From: an uncultured Candidatus Saccharibacteria bacterium | Lineage (GTDB): Bacteria; Patescibacteriota; Saccharimonadia; Saccharimonadales; JAGQNJ01 | Length of the DNA stretch: 64,000 nt | Assembly (NCBI GenBank): GCA_965231045.1 | Contig: OZ246406.1 | Location: forward strand, 52,295 to 116,294 | Reading direction: 5' to 3' | In this document: in pieces, positions 8,879-19,090 of the stretch | Numbering within the stretch: position 1 is the stretch's first letter | Layout: each line of letters starts with the position of its first letter | Translations under genes and position numbers: made by a program | The notes under the pieces: generated by a model | Database searches by the model: none | What the model was told of the DNA's origin: nothing | What the model saw: only the letters and a program-made list of their open reading frames with translations

Positions 8879-11800
8879 ATGTCTACAATACTACTAGAAG
8901 GACCAGCTCAAGATGACCATATTTTAGATGACCCCATTATTGAGGCTCCAGAAATACATGTTTCAGAAACAGCTCTTAAAGCTCCCGAAATTCCCGTAGG
9001 CATAGTTGCATTGCATGATTTGGGAATTGTACAAGTTCTTCCCCCTGTTACTGAAGCGCAGGAGCCTGTAGAGAGCAAAAAAGCCTCGCCAGAAGGCATA
9101 AATCAGCGTACGGTTAATGATCTACATGCAATATTATCTGATGATCCAGATCCTGAACCAAAGGCTGCAGCACGGGCTAGGCTCGAAAAAGGCACTATAA
9201 CTGAACGGGCGCTGGCCTTTTCGCTAGATATCTTAATAGGCTATAAGTACGATAACCCAGTCTACAACGATATAACTCCGCCCGATACACGATCGACAAC
9301 TGGCTTGCGCAGTACAGAACTTGCTGTTATGGACCCAGAAAATAGTTTCTTGAAACGAGCAAATAAAAACAAATATCGGGATGAAAGAAAGCTTTCAAAT
9401 GTCATTTATTCCGACATATCAGGCCTTGCCTACAGTGCTGAGAACAGAGCTAAGGCTGGGAATGTAAATAGTAAGTATTTTGAAAGAGATAGTGAACTAA
9501 CAAGATATGCCGTAAACCTTGTTCTTGATCTGGCAGAACAACTAGATGCCGAAATTTTATATAAGGTCATTGGCTCGGTTCCAAACCTTTCACATTATTT
9601 TAGCCGACCAGAGAGGTTGTATAGATCCTTGGAGAAAGTTCTGGAAAAAAGTGATCAGCCATCAGCTGCCGATGCTTTCTTGTGCGCGCATCTTTGGTAC
9701 GAGCACAATAGGTTAGAGCTCAAAATAAGTGGCAAGGGCCCACAAAGCATAGAGCCTGGTGACGCAGATCACCTGCACAAAAGGGACTTAGAAAATCAGC
9801 GTCTGCTGCAGGATATACTTGCTCGAGCTAATAAATCCAGGGGCTATACAGCAAATGAGTTAAACGCTATTGGCCGGCCTGATCAGATCAAAGAAGAAGA
9901 TTTCCAGGCTATGCATAGATTGAGGGATAAGCTTCCTAACTGGACGGCGGCTGGCGATCTCCCAACAATGCGTAAGTACATTGTCGAGAATCCTAAAGCC
10001 CTGGCTTTAGTTGATAACTCTGAGGGAAGCGCGGTACTTACGTCATTAACAAGACTTGCGAGCAATGATTTGGCGCTTGACGGGCGCCTTATGCGTCAAG
10101 ATACCGAAAAGCTTGCTACGGCGGAAGAAGCCTTCAGAAAGTTCATTGATTTTGTTGATGGGATTCAAGATGTTGAAAAACAATCACTAATAATAGAATC
10201 GACTAGTAACATGGGGGCAATAGTCTTTGGAGATATTGATGAAAAAAATGGTGGTCGTATATATCACCCCGAGCGCTTAACTTGGATTTTGGACAATGCC
10301 CCTGACTTATTAGCAACAGGTAATGCTAGTGAATATATCCACGGCTTATCATGGGCTATGAGACCATCTGACTCATTTATAGAAAAATATGGAGAATTGT
10401 CCGACGAGCAAGTTTGGGAATACATCCAAGAAGCAGTTCTTATTCTTGATGATTTACCAAAAGACAGCCGAACATATGCACTATTAACTGAAGAGCTGAG
10501 TTATAACTATCATAGATCTTCTGAATTTGTTGATGCCTTGCTGACAGGCAAGGCACAAGCTATGGTTGAGGTCATTAGGCAATTAGACGAAAACAGCCCA
10601 ACCTGGTTTGGTGAGCTCCACGGAAAAGATAATATATTTAGACCTTATGCAAGGATTTGGATTGATCAAGCTTTAGGTGACGTGCCGCCGAGTGAAGGTT
10701 TTGAGTCTTTTAAAAACTTCTTGCTTGAATTAAAGAACTACACTGACCTTAGTCCTGAATTACAGCATATTGCTACTGAGCTAATAGTCCAGACAAGTCT
10801 GGCTAATGGTTTTGAACCCTATAGAGTTATATTCAAGCCAGAGAACCGGCAAGTTCTAGAACTGTTTGCCAAACTGAATTTGGCTAATCCATTTATGAGG
10901 GGTTTTGGCCTATTGGAAGACAAATTGGACGTCTTAAGACCGATTGCACAAGAGATAACAGATCACCCACTTATGACAATCCTGGGCACCGAAGCTGCAA
11001 AGGGCATAGGCTCCTTTGCTAAAGATATCCTAACGGCTGATGAGCCGCTAAAATATGCCGATGCACTATATCAAAGTGCTAAAATATTTGGCCAAAATAG
11101 CTCAGAAGAGCTTGTCGATATGCTTTATGCAGTTTACAAAGGCGGCAAAGCTCTGGAAGTTCAAGATGAAGAGCTTAGAAAAATTGTTGGTAAAGGCGGA
11201 CAACCAGGCATCGATAAATTAACAGCGCATCTCAATAAGTTTAAGGAACAAGTAATTACGGGCGATATTGACCTTGAATCATTAGAGCACTCACGACTTT
11301 ATCTTGCATATTTTAAAGCTCTAACCAGATATGAAGTGAGCCAGTGGGGGAGTCATTATGACGATCGGCTTTTGCTACAAATTAAGTTTCAGGCCGAAAA
11401 CCCAGATAGAAAGCGATTTAGTCTAATAGACGATGAGGCATATAAGCCAAGTGAAGTTGTTCAAGTTGCCGAACTTGACCAAGAAAAAGTCCAAGCCTTC
11501 AAAATTACCAAAGATGGCGAAGACCAATTTTGGGAATTGTTAAATGACTTATCTACGGCTAATGACATAGTTAATAATCACCCTGAAATGGTAGCCGACA
11601 TTGTCAGTGATGTGCTGATGAAGATTTCAACACATCAGACTAGACTCGAGCAAGGAAGGGTTAGACTGGCCGAAAAACTTGAGACTGTGCCAGAAGAAAA
11701 GAGTGCTAAACTCCGCCAAAAACTTGAAGATCTTGATGCTGAAATTGCCGAACTAGCTCAGATTGATGAAGCCACACTAATAAATCCAACATTATTTATG

Positions 11801-12613
11801 AGAAACGTTAGCGTTATCGGCCGGTACAAAGATACGCATGGCTCAATTCGTCAGATGCTTTTTGTGGCGGCATTAACAAAATATCCAGAAGAAAACGAAA
11901 GAGTTTCTCAGCTTGCTCGTGGTGGTCTTGATGGCCCAACAATTAACGAATTTCAAGAAGTCGCCGATCTTGTACAACACGTTACTAACCAAGAAACCTG
12001 GGGACAAGTATTTAAGAACTTTGGGCTCTACAAGTCACTTGACCAAATCCTTAATGTCAACGCTATCAATGAAAATATCCAGAGGAGTCTTAACATTGGT
12101 AATGCCGGCACAAGATCTATGCAGTTTATGCCAACCAGGGGTATTCTTATGGAACTTTCTGGTCATATTGGTGATGCCTGCTGGGCTTCAAAATATGAGT
12201 CTATTGCAGGGCAATTCCCTGAATTTACTAGTGTTATCATGACACAAAAACCTGGCACAAAAGATGCTAGGTTTGTAGGTAGCGCCTTCTTAATTGAGGC
12301 CAACGATAAAGACGGTAATCCTGTGCTTGTCATAAGGGGTCTCAACCCAATTCAAAATGTCATCGAACAACTTGATCCAAAAGATTTCTTTAATCAATTT
12401 AGTGCCTATGCCAGAGAAATAGCCGAGAAACGTGGCATGAAACTTGCAGTTGTGATCGATGATCACTGTGGTGGGTCAGCAACTAATCGCCCTGCATTAT
12501 ATGAGTACTTAAGTAAGCAGCTAAAACCTCAGGCAAAACCTGTTGAGCTAGCAGGTTATCCAGAGACTACCTTTAACGGCTACAACATACAAGGCAATAC
12601 CTTTCTTATTTAG
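8879..12613 (+). CDS. Very large (1244 aa) soluble protein of unknown function
   Basis: Uninterrupted 3.7-kb ORF. No signal peptide or TM helix seen. Acidic, helix-rich composition. No catalytic motif recognised. Confidence 0.75.
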   Translation: MSTILLEGPAQDDHILDDPIIEAPEIHVSETALKAPEIPVGIVALHDLGIVQVLPPVTEAQEPVESKKASPEGINQRTVNDLHAILSDDPDPEPKAAARARLEKGTITERALAFSLDILIGYKYDNPVYNDITPPDTRSTTGLRSTELAVMDPENSFLKRANKNKYRDERKLSNVIYSDISGLAYSAENRAKAGNVNSKYFERDSELTRYAVNLVLDLAEQLDAEILYKVIGSVPNLSHYFSRPERLYRSLEKVLEKSDQPSAADAFLCAHLWYEHNRLELKISGKGPQSIEPGDADHLHKRDLENQRLLQDILARANKSRGYTANELNAIGRPDQIKEEDFQAMHRLRDKLPNWTAAGDLPTMRKYIVENPKALALVDNSEGSAVLTSLTRLASNDLALDGRLMRQDTEKLATAEEAFRKFIDFVDGIQDVEKQSLIIESTSNMGAIVFGDIDEKNGGRIYHPERLTWILDNAPDLLATGNASEYIHGLSWAMRPSDSFIEKYGELSDEQVWEYIQEAVLILDDLPKDSRTYALLTEELSYNYHRSSEFVDALLTGKAQAMVEVIRQLDENSPTWFGELHGKDNIFRPYARIWIDQALGDVPPSEGFESFKNFLLELKNYTDLSPELQHIATELIVQTSLANGFEPYRVIFKPENRQVLELFAKLNLANPFMRGFGLLEDKLDVLRPIAQEITDHPLMTILGTEAAKGIGSFAKDILTADEPLKYADALYQSAKIFGQNSSEELVDMLYAVYKGGKALEVQDEELRKIVGKGGQPGIDKLTAHLNKFKEQVITGDIDLESLEHSRLYLAYFKALTRYEVSQWGSHYDDRLLLQIKFQAENPDRKRFSLIDDEAYKPSEVVQVAELDQEKVQAFKITKDGEDQFWELLNDLSTANDIVNNHPEMVADIVSDVLMKISTHQTRLEQGRVRLAEKLETVPEEKSAKLRQKLEDLDAEIAELAQIDEATLINPTLFMRNVSVIGRYKDTHGSIRQMLFVAALTKYPEENERVSQLARGGLDGPTINEFQEVADLVQHVTNQETWGQVFKNFGLYKSLDQILNVNAINENIQRSLNIGNAGTRSMQFMPTRGILMELSGHIGDACWASKYESIAGQFPEFTSVIMTQKPGTKDARFVGSAFLIEANDKDGNPVLVIRGLNPIQNVIEQLDPKDFFNQFSAYAREIAEKRGMKLAVVIDDHCGGSATNRPALYEYLSKQLKPQAKPVELAGYPETTFNGYNIQGNTFLI

Positions 12614-12614
12614 C

Positions 12615-12643
12615 TTGCCATAACAGAGGTTGTGCGCTATACT
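12615..12643 (+). promoter_or_regulatory. Sigma-70-type promoter for the rpsB-tsf operon
   Basis: TTGCCA, 17-nt spacer, TATACT, about 105 nt upstream of the rpsB ATG. Confidence 0.5.
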
Positions 12644-12747
12644 AGCCGAGTAATTAATTAAGCAGGGGAGTTGATAATCCTTCCTGAATGCGTACCGTGC
12701 AGGGCGCTTCGGGCTGCGACTCTACCGAAGATGAAAGGATTTACACC

Positions 12748-13473
12748 ATGGCTACAGTTGATGTAGACATTAAAAAATTATTAGAATCTGGGGCTCACTT
12801 TGGTCACAAGACCAGTCGTTGGCACCCTAAAATGGCACCATATATTCACAGTAAGCGTGAAGGTAGCCACATTATTGACTTAACCAAGACAGTCGCCGAG
12901 ATAGAAGAGGCTCTTGAGTTCATCCAAAAGACAGCTTCAGAGGGTAAGCAAGTACTTATTGTTGGCACTAAGCGCCAAGCACGCGACATTGCGTTTAAAC
13001 TAGCTGAAGCAACCAAAATGCCATATGTAACAGAGCGTTGGGTTGGTGGGATGCTAACTAATAACAAGACTATGAGCGGGCGCATTAAGCACCTTAAGGA
13101 TCTTGAAAGCAAGATGGAGTCTGGTCAGTTAGCTGCTAAGTATAACAAGCTTGAATTGCAACGTTACCAAGAAGAAATCGATCTAATGAATCACCTTTAT
13201 GGTGGTATTAAAGACATGGCTGCTAAGCCAGGTGCGGTTTTTGTATTTGATATGGTACACGACGTAAATGCTGTTCGCGAGGCCACTAAACTCGGTATTC
13301 CAGTTGTCGCTTTGGCTGATACTAATGCCAATCCGACTACTGTTAAGTATCCAATTCCTTGCAACGATGATGCAATTAAGGCACTACAACTGATTGCTGA
13401 CTACGTACAAAAATCTATTGAAGCTGGTCAAGCAAAACGACAAACTAAATCTGCAGATAAAGAGGAGAAATAA
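12748..13473 (+). CDS. rpsB: Ribosomal protein S2
   Basis: MATVDVDIKKLLESGAHFGHKTSRWHPKM is a canonical S2 N-terminus. SD-like GAAAGGA lies 9 nt upstream. The ORF-track start at 12688 adds a non-homologous 20 aa. Confidence 0.95.
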   Translation: MATVDVDIKKLLESGAHFGHKTSRWHPKMAPYIHSKREGSHIIDLTKTVAEIEEALEFIQKTASEGKQVLIVGTKRQARDIAFKLAEATKMPYVTERWVGGMLTNNKTMSGRIKHLKDLESKMESGQLAAKYNKLELQRYQEEIDLMNHLYGGIKDMAAKPGAVFVFDMVHDVNAVREATKLGIPVVALADTNANPTTVKYPIPCNDDAIKALQLIADYVQKSIEAGQAKRQTKSADKEEK

Positions 13474-13475
13474 GG

Positions 13476-14072
13476 ATGGGCGTATCAATTGATGACATTA
13501 AGCGACTTAAAAGTCTTACTGGTGTTGGTTTAACTGATGCTAAGGCCGCATTACAAGAGGCAAAAGGCGATTTTGATAAAGCACTCGAAGCTATGCGTAA
13601 AAAAGGTCTTACGAAGGCTGAAAAACGCGGAGAGCGTGAAGCGCGTGCCGGTGTTGTTGGCAACTATAACCACGACGGCCGGATCGGTGTATTAGTTGAA
13701 ATTAACTGTGAGACCGACTTTGTAGCTCGTAACGAAATCTTTACTGATCTTGTTAAGGACGTTGCTATGCACATTGCAGCCAGTGCACCAGAGTACGTAA
13801 GTATCGATGAAGTTCCAGCCGAAGCCAAAGATAAGGTAAAGGCTGAATTCAGCGAAAAGGCTAAAGCCGAAGGCAAGCCAGCTGATATGGTTGATAAGAT
13901 TGTTGAAGGTCAAATCAAGAAGTATTTTGCCGAAAAATGTTTGCTAGATCAGCCGTTTGTAAAAGATCCAGATATGACAGTTGGTGACTATGTGAAAGAG
14001 CATAACGCCAAACTTGGTGAAAATATCGTAGTGCGTCGCTTTAGTCGAATGGCTTTAGGCGAAGTAAACTAG
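13476..14072 (+). CDS. tsf: Elongation factor Ts (short form)
   Basis: N-terminal UBA-like IKRLKSLTGVGLTDAKAALQEAKGDFDKALEAMRKKG and core EINCETDFVARN. Confidence 0.9.
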   Translation: MGVSIDDIKRLKSLTGVGLTDAKAALQEAKGDFDKALEAMRKKGLTKAEKRGEREARAGVVGNYNHDGRIGVLVEINCETDFVARNEIFTDLVKDVAMHIAASAPEYVSIDEVPAEAKDKVKAEFSEKAKAEGKPADMVDKIVEGQIKKYFAEKCLLDQPFVKDPDMTVGDYVKEHNAKLGENIVVRRFSRMALGEVN

Positions 14073-14127
14073 GCTTTTTGGTCGAGCTCATCTACAATAG
14101 AATTACCAAAGTGAGGTAAGGGGATAT

Positions 14128-14691
14128 ATGGATACAAATCAGGTTCTAAAAGAAGTAAAAGACAAGTTCGATAAAACAATCGAGCATTTTCAAGAAGAAC
14201 TTAAGAAGGTTAGAACAGGGCGTGCCACACCAGCTATGCTTGATGGCATTACAGTTGAAGCTTACGGAACACCAATGCCACTTATCCAGGTAGCAACAGT
14301 TACGGCACCAGAAGCTCAACTACTCCAAATTAGTCCTTTTGATCCAAATAATCTGCAAGCCATTGCTGCAGCTATTCGAGATAATCAAACATTAGGTCTT
14401 AACCCAACAGATGATGGGCGTGTTATCCGTGTGCCAGTGCCACCACTGACCACAGAGCGTCGAGCCGAAATTGCTAAACAGCTTGGTGTAAAGGTAGAAG
14501 AGTCTATGATTCGACTTAGAAACATTCGCCATGAAGGTCTAAAGCAAGCTGAGCAGGCTAAAAAAGACAAACAGATTAGCGAAGATGATTATTCACGACT
14601 TCAAAAGCAAGTTGATGAAAGCATGCAGGAGTACAAATCCAAGATAGAAGAGCTGTCCAAAGCCAAAGAAACAGAAATAATGACTATATAA
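14128..14691 (+). CDS. frr: Ribosome recycling factor
   Basis: 187 aa. GRATPAMLDGITVEAYG...LNPTDDGRVIRVPVPPLTTERR is typical Frr. Confidence 0.95.
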   Translation: MDTNQVLKEVKDKFDKTIEHFQEELKKVRTGRATPAMLDGITVEAYGTPMPLIQVATVTAPEAQLLQISPFDPNNLQAIAAAIRDNQTLGLNPTDDGRVIRVPVPPLTTERRAEIAKQLGVKVEESMIRLRNIRHEGLKQAEQAKKDKQISEDDYSRLQKQVDESMQEYKSKIEELSKAKETEIMTI

Positions 14692-14750
14692 TAAATGAGT
14701 AGAATCGAACAAAATATGTATTCACTATTAACAGGGGTAGAAGCACAATA

Positions 14751-15899
14751 ATGAACATTTATTTACTGATTTTTGGGCTTATTTTGTTCGTTGGTCTAGT
14801 CGTTGTACATGAGTTTGGACATTATATTGCTGCCAGACGAAATGGGGTTGAAGTTGAGGAATTTGGGATTGGCTTCCCACCACGAATTTGGAAGAAAAAA
14901 CTTAAGAATAAAACCCTATTTACACTGAATCTGCTGCCATTAGGAGGCTTTGTAAAGCTTAAAGGTGAGCATGATGCTGACACTGAGCCAGGAAGTTATG
15001 GTGCGAGCAGTTTATGGGCAAAATCCAAGATTATTCTCGCTGGCGTCGTGATGAATTTGATTGTTGCGTGGGTGCTTTTTACCATTGTTGCCCTGATAGG
15101 AATGCCAAAGGTTATAGATAATCAGTTTAGCGTTAAAAGTGACTCAATAAACGTTAAAAGTCAGGTGTTAGTTGGTGATGTTGAAGCTGGTTCTCCAGCC
15201 GAAAAGCTACAACTAAAACCAAATGATCAAATCGTATCAATAGGGGCGGTTGGCGGCTCAACTACCAAAGTTACAGCCTCGGAGCAGATATCGAATTTCA
15301 CCCGGCAAAACGCCGGTAAAACAATCGAAGTTACTTATTTGCATGACGGTGTCAGCCATACAGCGCAAACGACTTTGCGCCAATCTCAAGAAGTTAATGA
15401 TAGCCAAAAGGTTGATCCATGCACTCAGCAAACCTATCTTTCAAAGGGTTACTTAGGGGTCTACCCAGCCCAGCACATTATTGATCGATCAACGTGGTCG
15501 GCGCCCATAGTCTCGGCCGGTACGATGGTACAGTTTACGAAGCTAACATTCCAGGGACTAGGCAGTGCAATAGGCGGATTATTCAGGGGTAAGACCTGTG
15601 AAGCAGCCAATCAAGTTTCTGGCCCTGTGGGCATATTTGTAATCTTAAAAGATGGTAGTTTGCTAGGCATACAATTTATTTTACTTATCGTGGCGATAAT
15701 ATCTTTGACACTGGCAATTATGAATGTGTTACCGATCCCAGCACTAGATGGTGGACGACTTTTTGTAACGCTCTTATTTAGGATAATGAGAAAACCATTA
15801 AGTGCCAAAACAGAGGAAATAATTCATGGAACTGGTTTCTTCCTGCTGATCGCACTGTTTATTGTGGTGACGGTAGTTGATATTAGGCGGTTTTTCTAG
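14751..15899 (+). CDS. rseP: RseP/RasP-type site-2 protease (M50) with PDZ
   Basis: HEFGHY zinc motif in TM1. NVLPIPALDGG motif. Central PDZ-like segment. Confidence 0.9.
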   Translation: MNIYLLIFGLILFVGLVVVHEFGHYIAARRNGVEVEEFGIGFPPRIWKKKLKNKTLFTLNLLPLGGFVKLKGEHDADTEPGSYGASSLWAKSKIILAGVVMNLIVAWVLFTIVALIGMPKVIDNQFSVKSDSINVKSQVLVGDVEAGSPAEKLQLKPNDQIVSIGAVGGSTTKVTASEQISNFTRQNAGKTIEVTYLHDGVSHTAQTTLRQSQEVNDSQKVDPCTQQTYLSKGYLGVYPAQHIIDRSTWSAPIVSAGTMVQFTKLTFQGLGSAIGGLFRGKTCEAANQVSGPVGIFVILKDGSLLGIQFILLIVAIISLTLAIMNVLPIPALDGGRLFVTLLFRIMRKPLSAKTEEIIHGTGFFLLIALFIVVTVVDIRRFF

Positions 15900-16691
15900 A
15901 TGACGATTGCCAACCAGTCAAAGTCATCCCTAGCAACTCTTGAGCAGGCCGAAAATAACGCTTGGGGTCCAATCGGAGCTGTGCTATTAACAGTTGCTAT
16001 TTACTTTGTTTCGCAGATTATAGCTTTGGAAGCACTAAGTATCTATGCGATTCTTAGAGGTTGGGGTGAGACAAGAACAGAGGTTTGGTTTAAGACATCT
16101 ACGGTTGCTCAAACTATGCTTATTTTGTTTGTCGAAGCACTTGTAGTGGCTATGGTTTTAGGCCTTTTAAAGATAAAAAAACAGCGACCAAAAGATATTG
16201 GTATTGTAAAACCCAAGCCCCGTGATGCTCTCTATGCAATATCAGCACTCGGGATTTATTTCATACTCTATATAGCGCTATTTATTGTTATTAAGTTGTT
16301 GTTCCCACATGTTAATTTTGATGGTAAACAAGACGTTGGCTTTGAGTCGGCCAAACACGGTACACAATTGGTTCTAGTATTCTTTAGTCTTGTAATTTTA
16401 CCGCCGATTGGTGAGGAGATACTATGTCGAGGATTCTTATATACCGGCTTGCGTAAGAAGCTTGCTCTTTGGCCGGCGGCGGTGATTACTAGTCTGTTAT
16501 TTGCATCGGCTCATCTGTTTGGTGGGACGAATACGGCTCCACTTTGGGCAGCCTCCATCGATACATTCGTTTTATCAATGGTACTTGTGTACTTGCGAGA
16601 GATTACTGGTTCACTTGCTGCATCTATGGGCGTTCACATGCTTAAAAACTTCGTTGCGTTTATGCTACTCTTCATCTTTGTCGTGCGCTAG
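15900..16691 (+). CDS. CPBP (CAAX) family intramembrane metalloprotease
   Basis: Motifs EEILCRGFLY (EExxxR), FASAHL (FxxxH) and GVHMLKN (HxxxN). Polytopic. Confidence 0.85.
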   Translation: MTIANQSKSSLATLEQAENNAWGPIGAVLLTVAIYFVSQIIALEALSIYAILRGWGETRTEVWFKTSTVAQTMLILFVEALVVAMVLGLLKIKKQRPKDIGIVKPKPRDALYAISALGIYFILYIALFIVIKLLFPHVNFDGKQDVGFESAKHGTQLVLVFFSLVILPPIGEEILCRGFLYTGLRKKLALWPAAVITSLLFASAHLFGGTNTAPLWAASIDTFVLSMVLVYLREITGSLAASMGVHMLKNFVAFMLLFIFVVR

Positions 16692-16807
16692 GGTACAATG
16701 TTCGACAAGGTATGTGTGATCTAGAAAATACTCAACCAATGCTCCCGGCCTGCGGCCGTTAGATTTTTGATTATATATTGAGTTATTTTTAAGATAAGAG
16801 GAAAAAA

Positions 16808-18523
16808 ATGAGAGCATCAAAACTATTTGGAAGAACATCAAAGACAGAGGGTAAAGACCTAGCGATTAAGTCACATAGGTTATTAATTCAGGCTGGTTTT
16901 ATACGTGAGTCGAGTGCCGGACGATATTATTTATTGCCACTAGGTTTAAAAGTTCACGATAATATCATTAATATTGTTCGAAAGCATATGGACGCCCACG
17001 GGGCTCAAGAAGTCGTAATGCCGGTTCTTCACCCGCTGGAACTCTGGAAAGAAACTAATCGAACAACCAGCGCAGGCTTCGAGCTCATGAAAATCGAGGA
17101 TCGACGTGGCGCCGAGTTTGCTTTGGGCGGAACGGCCGAGGAAATGGCAGTTGATTTAGTCCGCAAATTTAACATTAGCTACAAAGATCTACCGTTTAAC
17201 ATCTATCAATTCTCGATGAAATTCCGCGATGAGATGAGAGCCCGCGGTGGTCTACTTCGTGTGCGTGAATTTATCATGAAAGACGCCTATAGCTTTAGTA
17301 CAGAAGAGCAGTTTAAGAAGATTTATTCTGATATGGCTAAAGCCTACACTGATATTTTCAGTGAACTTGGCCTTAAAACTCACATGGTTGATGCCGACAA
17401 TGGCTATATTGGTGGTGAATACTGCCATGAGTTTATTGTTGAATCCGATGCTGGTGAGAGTAGTTATTTTGTCGATGAGCAGGGTGAATATGCCGCTCAC
17501 GAAGATGTCGCCACGTTTGAAGTTGACTCCAAAAATACTGACGATAAGTTTGCTGAGCTTAAGGAAGTCGAAGCAGTGCGTGGTAAAACCATGGAAGATG
17601 GTGCAAAATTGCATGGCTTGCCACTTTGGCAGCAGACGAAAGACGTTCTGTACTTTGACGAAGCTACTAAACGTTATATTTTGGCCGTAATTCGGGGCGA
17701 CTTTGATGTTAACGAGACAAAATTAATGCATGTAAGTGGGGCATGGGACATACGACCGGCAACTGACGAAGAAATTCGTGAAGATCTAAAGAGTGAACCA
17801 GGCTTTATATCTCCTGTGAAAATGGTTGAAAAAGGCGTTAAGAGTGGCCATAAGGTGGTGATCGTAGCCGACCTTAGCTTGCGATCAGTTCATAACATGT
17901 ACGGTGGAGCGAACAAGAAAAACCGCGATCTATTGAATATAAACATTGACCGTGATTATAAACCTGACATCGAAGCGGACATTGCTTTAGCTCAGCCGGG
18001 CATGAAAACCAAGAAAGGCCACAAGCTTGTGGCTGGTAAGGGGATAGAGGTCGGTAACATTTTTCAGCTTGGCTATCATTACACGAACCTGATGCACGAT
18101 GCCGAATATACTGACGAAGCTGGCACAAGACAAAAGTATTACATGGGTTGTTATGGAATTGGTATTGGCCGAACATTAGCGGCGATTGCCGAAGTAATGG
18201 GTGATGATAAAGGCTTGGTGTGGCCAGAGAATATCGCACCTGCTCAGGTTTACTTGGCTCGGCTTGGCGAGGAAGAAGATGTTGTCAAGGCTGCTGATGA
18301 GCTATACGAAAGCCTAACTAAGCAGGGAGTAAGTGTGCTATATGACGATCGTGATGTTCGCCCTGGCGAGAAATTTGCCGACGCTGATTTAATTGGCATC
18401 CCACACCGTGTAGTTATAAGCACAAAAACAATTAATGCCGGGAAATTGGAACATAAAATGCGCACTGCAACAGAGAGTAAGTTGATTTCAAAAGAGGAAT
18501 TAACAAAATTGTTGGCAGTATAG
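16808..18523 (+). CDS. proS: Prolyl-tRNA synthetase, bacterial type with insertion domain
   Basis: 571 aa. Class II motifs RARGGLLRVREFIMKDAYSF and GCYGIGIGR. Confidence 0.95.
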   Translation: MRASKLFGRTSKTEGKDLAIKSHRLLIQAGFIRESSAGRYYLLPLGLKVHDNIINIVRKHMDAHGAQEVVMPVLHPLELWKETNRTTSAGFELMKIEDRRGAEFALGGTAEEMAVDLVRKFNISYKDLPFNIYQFSMKFRDEMRARGGLLRVREFIMKDAYSFSTEEQFKKIYSDMAKAYTDIFSELGLKTHMVDADNGYIGGEYCHEFIVESDAGESSYFVDEQGEYAAHEDVATFEVDSKNTDDKFAELKEVEAVRGKTMEDGAKLHGLPLWQQTKDVLYFDEATKRYILAVIRGDFDVNETKLMHVSGAWDIRPATDEEIREDLKSEPGFISPVKMVEKGVKSGHKVVIVADLSLRSVHNMYGGANKKNRDLLNINIDRDYKPDIEADIALAQPGMKTKKGHKLVAGKGIEVGNIFQLGYHYTNLMHDAEYTDEAGTRQKYYMGCYGIGIGRTLAAIAEVMGDDKGLVWPENIAPAQVYLARLGEEEDVVKAADELYESLTKQGVSVLYDDRDVRPGEKFADADLIGIPHRVVISTKTINAGKLEHKMRTATESKLISKEELTKLLAV

Positions 18524-18583
18524 GCATGTGTTGGTATACTACGGTAACTCCCTAAACCAACATAAGCATTAAAGGAGTAAAGC

Positions 18584-19045
18584 ATGAAGAAGCAGTTTCA
18601 TCTAACCAAAGAGGGTGTTGACGAGCTAAAACAGGAGTGCGACGGTCTAGTATCGCAGCGTCCAGTGATTGCTGAGCGAATTAAAACTGCTCGTGAATTT
18701 GGCGACTTGGCAGAAAATGCCGAGTACACATCTGCCCGTCAAGAACAAGAACGTGTTGAAGGCCGTATTGCGGAAATTGAACACATCTTACAGAATGTTG
18801 AGTTGATCAAGAAGCCTAAGGGCGATAAAAAAGTTCAGCTTGGATCACATGTAACGCTTAAAGGCGACAGTGGCAAGCAAAAAGAATTCCAGGTTGTTGG
18901 TACAGTCGAGGCCGATCCAATGAATGGTAAGATTTCTGATGAATCTCCAATTGGCAAAGCACTACTAAACAAGAAGCTTGGTGATGCTGTTGAAATTAAA
19001 ACTCCAGCCGAAACCGCTACCTATAAAGTAGTTGATGTAGCCTAA
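18584..19045 (+). CDS. greA: Transcription elongation factor GreA
   Basis: GDLAENAEYTSARQEQ coiled-coil tip and C-terminal ISDESPIGKALLNKKLGD. Confidence 0.9.
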   Translation: MKKQFHLTKEGVDELKQECDGLVSQRPVIAERIKTAREFGDLAENAEYTSARQEQERVEGRIAEIEHILQNVELIKKPKGDKKVQLGSHVTLKGDSGKQKEFQVVGTVEADPMNGKISDESPIGKALLNKKLGDAVEIKTPAETATYKVVDVA

Positions 19046-19090
19046 AACTGTAGTGCCAAACATGTTTTTTGAGGTACTATTAAGGTAACT

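Noticed and set aside
12688-12747. Longer ORF-track starts for rpsB (12688), rpmE (8859), the CHAP hydrolase (37593), rsmH (56838), murG (62379), a HAD gene (20613) and two orphans (51696, 55496)
   Set aside because: The N-terminal extensions are not homologous to the protein families. They overlap promoters, hairpins or upstream genes, and better-placed ATG codons follow, some with SDs.
16770-16790. Small hairpin CGGCC-tgc-GGCCG followed by TTAGATTTTT upstream of proS, considered as a T-box, attenuator or terminator
   Set aside because: The stem is only 5 bp with a 3-nt loop, and the 116-nt leader is far too short for a T-box riboswitch. At most it is a weak terminator for the CPBP gene, so I did not call it.
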